Shown here piece after piece: positions 61,801-64,000 of a DNA stretch of 64,000 nucleotides. Each line of letters opens with the position of its first letter. The first letter of the stretch is position 1. A program made the position numbers and the translations under genes. Source of the stretch: Eledone cirrhosa (lineage: Eukaryota); assembly GCA_964016885.1 (NCBI GenBank), contig OZ024745.1:6262001-6326000 (forward strand). The letters are read 5' to 3'. The notes under the pieces are model-generated. The model made no database searches. It had not been told where the DNA came from and saw only the letters and a list, made by a program, of their open reading frames with translations.

Positions 61801-64000
61801 TATTATATTACTGCCAGATATAGTATTATATTACTGTCAGATATTGTATAATATTACTGTCAGATATAGTATTATAATACTTCTCAGTATAGTATTATAA
61901 TACTGTCTGACAGAATTATATTACTGTCAGATATAGTATTATATTACTGTCAGTTATAGTATTATAATACCTCTCAGATATAGTATTATATAACTGTCAG
62001 ATATAGTATTATAATACTGTCTGACAGTATTATATTACTGTCAGATATAGTATTATATTACTGTCAGATATAGTATTATAATACTGTCAGATATAGTGTT
62101 ATAATACTGTCAGATATAGTATTATAATACTGTCAGATATAGTATTATATTACTGTTAGATATAGTATTATAATACTGTCAGATATAGTATTATAATACT
62201 GTCTGAGATAGTATTATATTACTGTCAGATATAGTATTATATTACTGTCAGATATAGTATTATATTACTGTCTGATATAGTATTATAATACTGTCAGATA
62301 TAGTATTATATTACTGTCAGATATAGTATTATGTTACTGTCTGATATAGTATTATATTACTGTCAGATCTAGTGTTATAATACTGTCAGATATAGTATTA
62401 TAATACTGTCCGATATAGTGTAACAATACTGTCAGATATAGTATTATATTACTCTCATATATAGTCTTATAATACTGTCTGATATAGTATTATAATATTG
62501 TCAGATATTGTATTATATTACTGTCAGATATAGTATTATAATACTTCTCAGATATAGTATTATATTACTGTTAGATATATTATTATAATACTGTCAGATA
62601 TTATATTATAATACTGTCAGATATAGTATTATAATACTTCTCAGATATAGTATTATATTACTGTCAGATATAGTATTATAATACTGTCTGACAGTATTAT
62701 ATTACTCTCAGATATAGTATTATATTACTGTCAGATATAGTATTATAATACTGTCAGATATAGTGTTATAATACTGTCAGATATAGTATTATAATACTGT
62801 CAGATATAGTATTATATTACTGTTAGATATAGTATTATAATACTGTCTGAGATAGTATTATATTACTGTCAGATATAGTATTATATTACTGTCAGATATA
62901 GTATTATATTACTGTCAGATATAGTATTATAATACTGTCAGATATAATATTATCATACTGTCAGATATAGAATTATAATACTGTCTGATATAGTATTGTA
63001 TTATTGTCAGATATAGTATTATAATACTCTCAGATATAGTATTATATTACTGTTGGATATAGTATTATAATACTGTCTGATATAGTATTATAATACTGTG
63101 AGGTATAGTGTTATAATATTGTCAGATATAGTATTATAATACTGTCAGATATAGTATTATATTACTGTTATTTATAGTATTATAATACTGTCAGATATAG
63201 TTTTATAATACCGTCAGATATAGTATTATATTACTGTCAGATATAGTGTTATAGTACTGTATGATAGAGTATTATAATACTGTCAGATATTGTATTATAT
63301 TACTGTCAGATATAGTTTTATAATACTTCTCAGATATAGTATTATATAACTGTCAGATATAGTATTATAATACTGTCTGACAGTATTATATTACTGTCAG
63401 ATATAGTATTATATTACTGTCAGATATAGTATTATAATACTGTCAGATATAGTGTTATAATACTGTCAGATATAGTATTATAATACTGTCAGATATAGTA
63501 TTATATTACTGTTAGATATAGTATTATAATACTGTCAGATATAGTATTATAATACTGTCTGAGATAGTATTATATTACTGTCAGATATATTATTATATTA
63601 CTGTCAGATATAGTATTATATTACTGTCAGATATAGTATTATAATACTGTCAGATATAGAATTATAATACTGTCTGATATAGTATTATATTATTGTCAGA
63701 TATAGTATTATAATACTCTCAGATATAGTATTATATTACTGTTAGATATAGTATTATAACACTGTCTGATATAGTATTATAATACTGTCAGATATAGTAT
63801 TATATTACTGTTAGATATAGTATTATATTTTTGTCTGATATCGTATTGTATTACTGTCAGTTATAGTATTATAATACTGTCAGTTATAGTATTATATTAC
63901 TGTAAGATATAGTATTATAATACTGTCAGATATTGTATTATATCACTGTCAGATATAGAATTATAATACTGCCAGATATAGTATTATATTACTGACAGAT
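49900..64000 (+). repeat. Right haplotype domain: more divergent monomers, irregular 1.7-3.5 kb higher-order units
   Basis: Characteristic variants: ACGGTCTTATAGAG (51707, 55197, 57153, 59402, 61101), ACATCT[C/G]AG (50925, 54411, 56298, 58551, 60250), GTTATTTATAG (56140, 58393, 60092, 63167), GTCCGATATAGTGTAACAAT (53313, 55841, 57774, 62408). Confidence 0.85.

Larger units (their letters stand above)
1..64000 (+). repeat. 23-bp AT-rich tandem satellite array, consensus ACTGTCAGATATAGTATTATAWT, ~2,780 monomers, head-to-tail, running off both window ends
   Basis: Monomer starts at 3, 26, 49... (period 23). The same motif fills every line to 64,000. The consensus has 5 G/C in 23 nt. I saw no reverse-orientation monomer (ACTATATCTGAC) and no non-repeat sequence. 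Confidence 0.99.

Noticed and set aside
1-64000. CRISPR array (23-bp partly palindromic repeat)
   Set aside because: The repeats are directly head-to-tail with no unique spacers, no leader and no cas genes.
1-64000. Repeat-encoded protein or endless ORF
   Set aside because: 23 is not a multiple of 3, so each frame passes through all phases every 69 bp. The plus strand carries TAG (plus TAA in the A allele) and the minus strand carries TGA and TAA in essentially every monomer, so standard-code ORFs cannot exceed a few tens of codons.
1-64000. Bacterial -10 boxes (TATAAT) or TATA-like promoters
   Set aside because: TATAAT is simply part of the A-allele monomer, repeated throughout; there is no downstream gene or other promoter context.
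1-64000. Telomerase-made long telomeric repeat (as in 23-bp Candida-type telomeres)
   Set aside because: There is no G-rich strand or TG-rich core, and inherited kb-scale variant patterns indicate duplication of existing DNA rather than copying from one RNA template.
1-64000. Pure sequencing noise or in vitro polymerase/rolling-circle concatemer
   Set aside because: Variants recur in fixed order at exact multi-kb offsets with nested, unequal periods, which random error or a single circular template would not give. Local mis-assembly of individual duplications is still possible.
1-64000. Array of site-specific recombinase sites (lox/FRT-like inverted arms around an asymmetric spacer) or plasmid iterons
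   Set aside because: The resemblance is only architectural. There is no match to a site I recognise, no recombinase or rep gene, and the copy number is far beyond iteron arrays.

Overview
The whole 64-kb window is one uninterrupted, single-orientation, AT-rich tandem array (satellite DNA). It has roughly 2,780 copies of a 23-bp monomer, consensus ACTGTCAGATATAGTATTATA(A/T)T, about 22% GC. I find no genes, RNA genes, transposons, CRISPR spacers or unique sequence, and stop codons in the monomer close all six frames. I cannot assign the organism or a named satellite family; a eukaryotic heterochromatic/centromeric-type satellite is an inference. The structure worth attention is internal. (1) Each repeat junction is a 14-bp dyad (AGTATTATAATACT) alternating with a 9-bp asymmetric core (GTCAGATAT), and several variants are compensatory double changes or strand-chimeric monomers that restore or extend the palindrome. 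(2) Rare variant monomers act as barcodes and reveal nested higher-order duplications (offsets 276, 1,035, 1,310, ~1,600, 3,555, 4,399 and ~11,400 bp). (3) There are three haplotype domains, with divergence rising after ~49.9 kb and a few out-of-place blocks copied between domains. Offsets were counted by hand from marker motifs; block boundaries are approximate.
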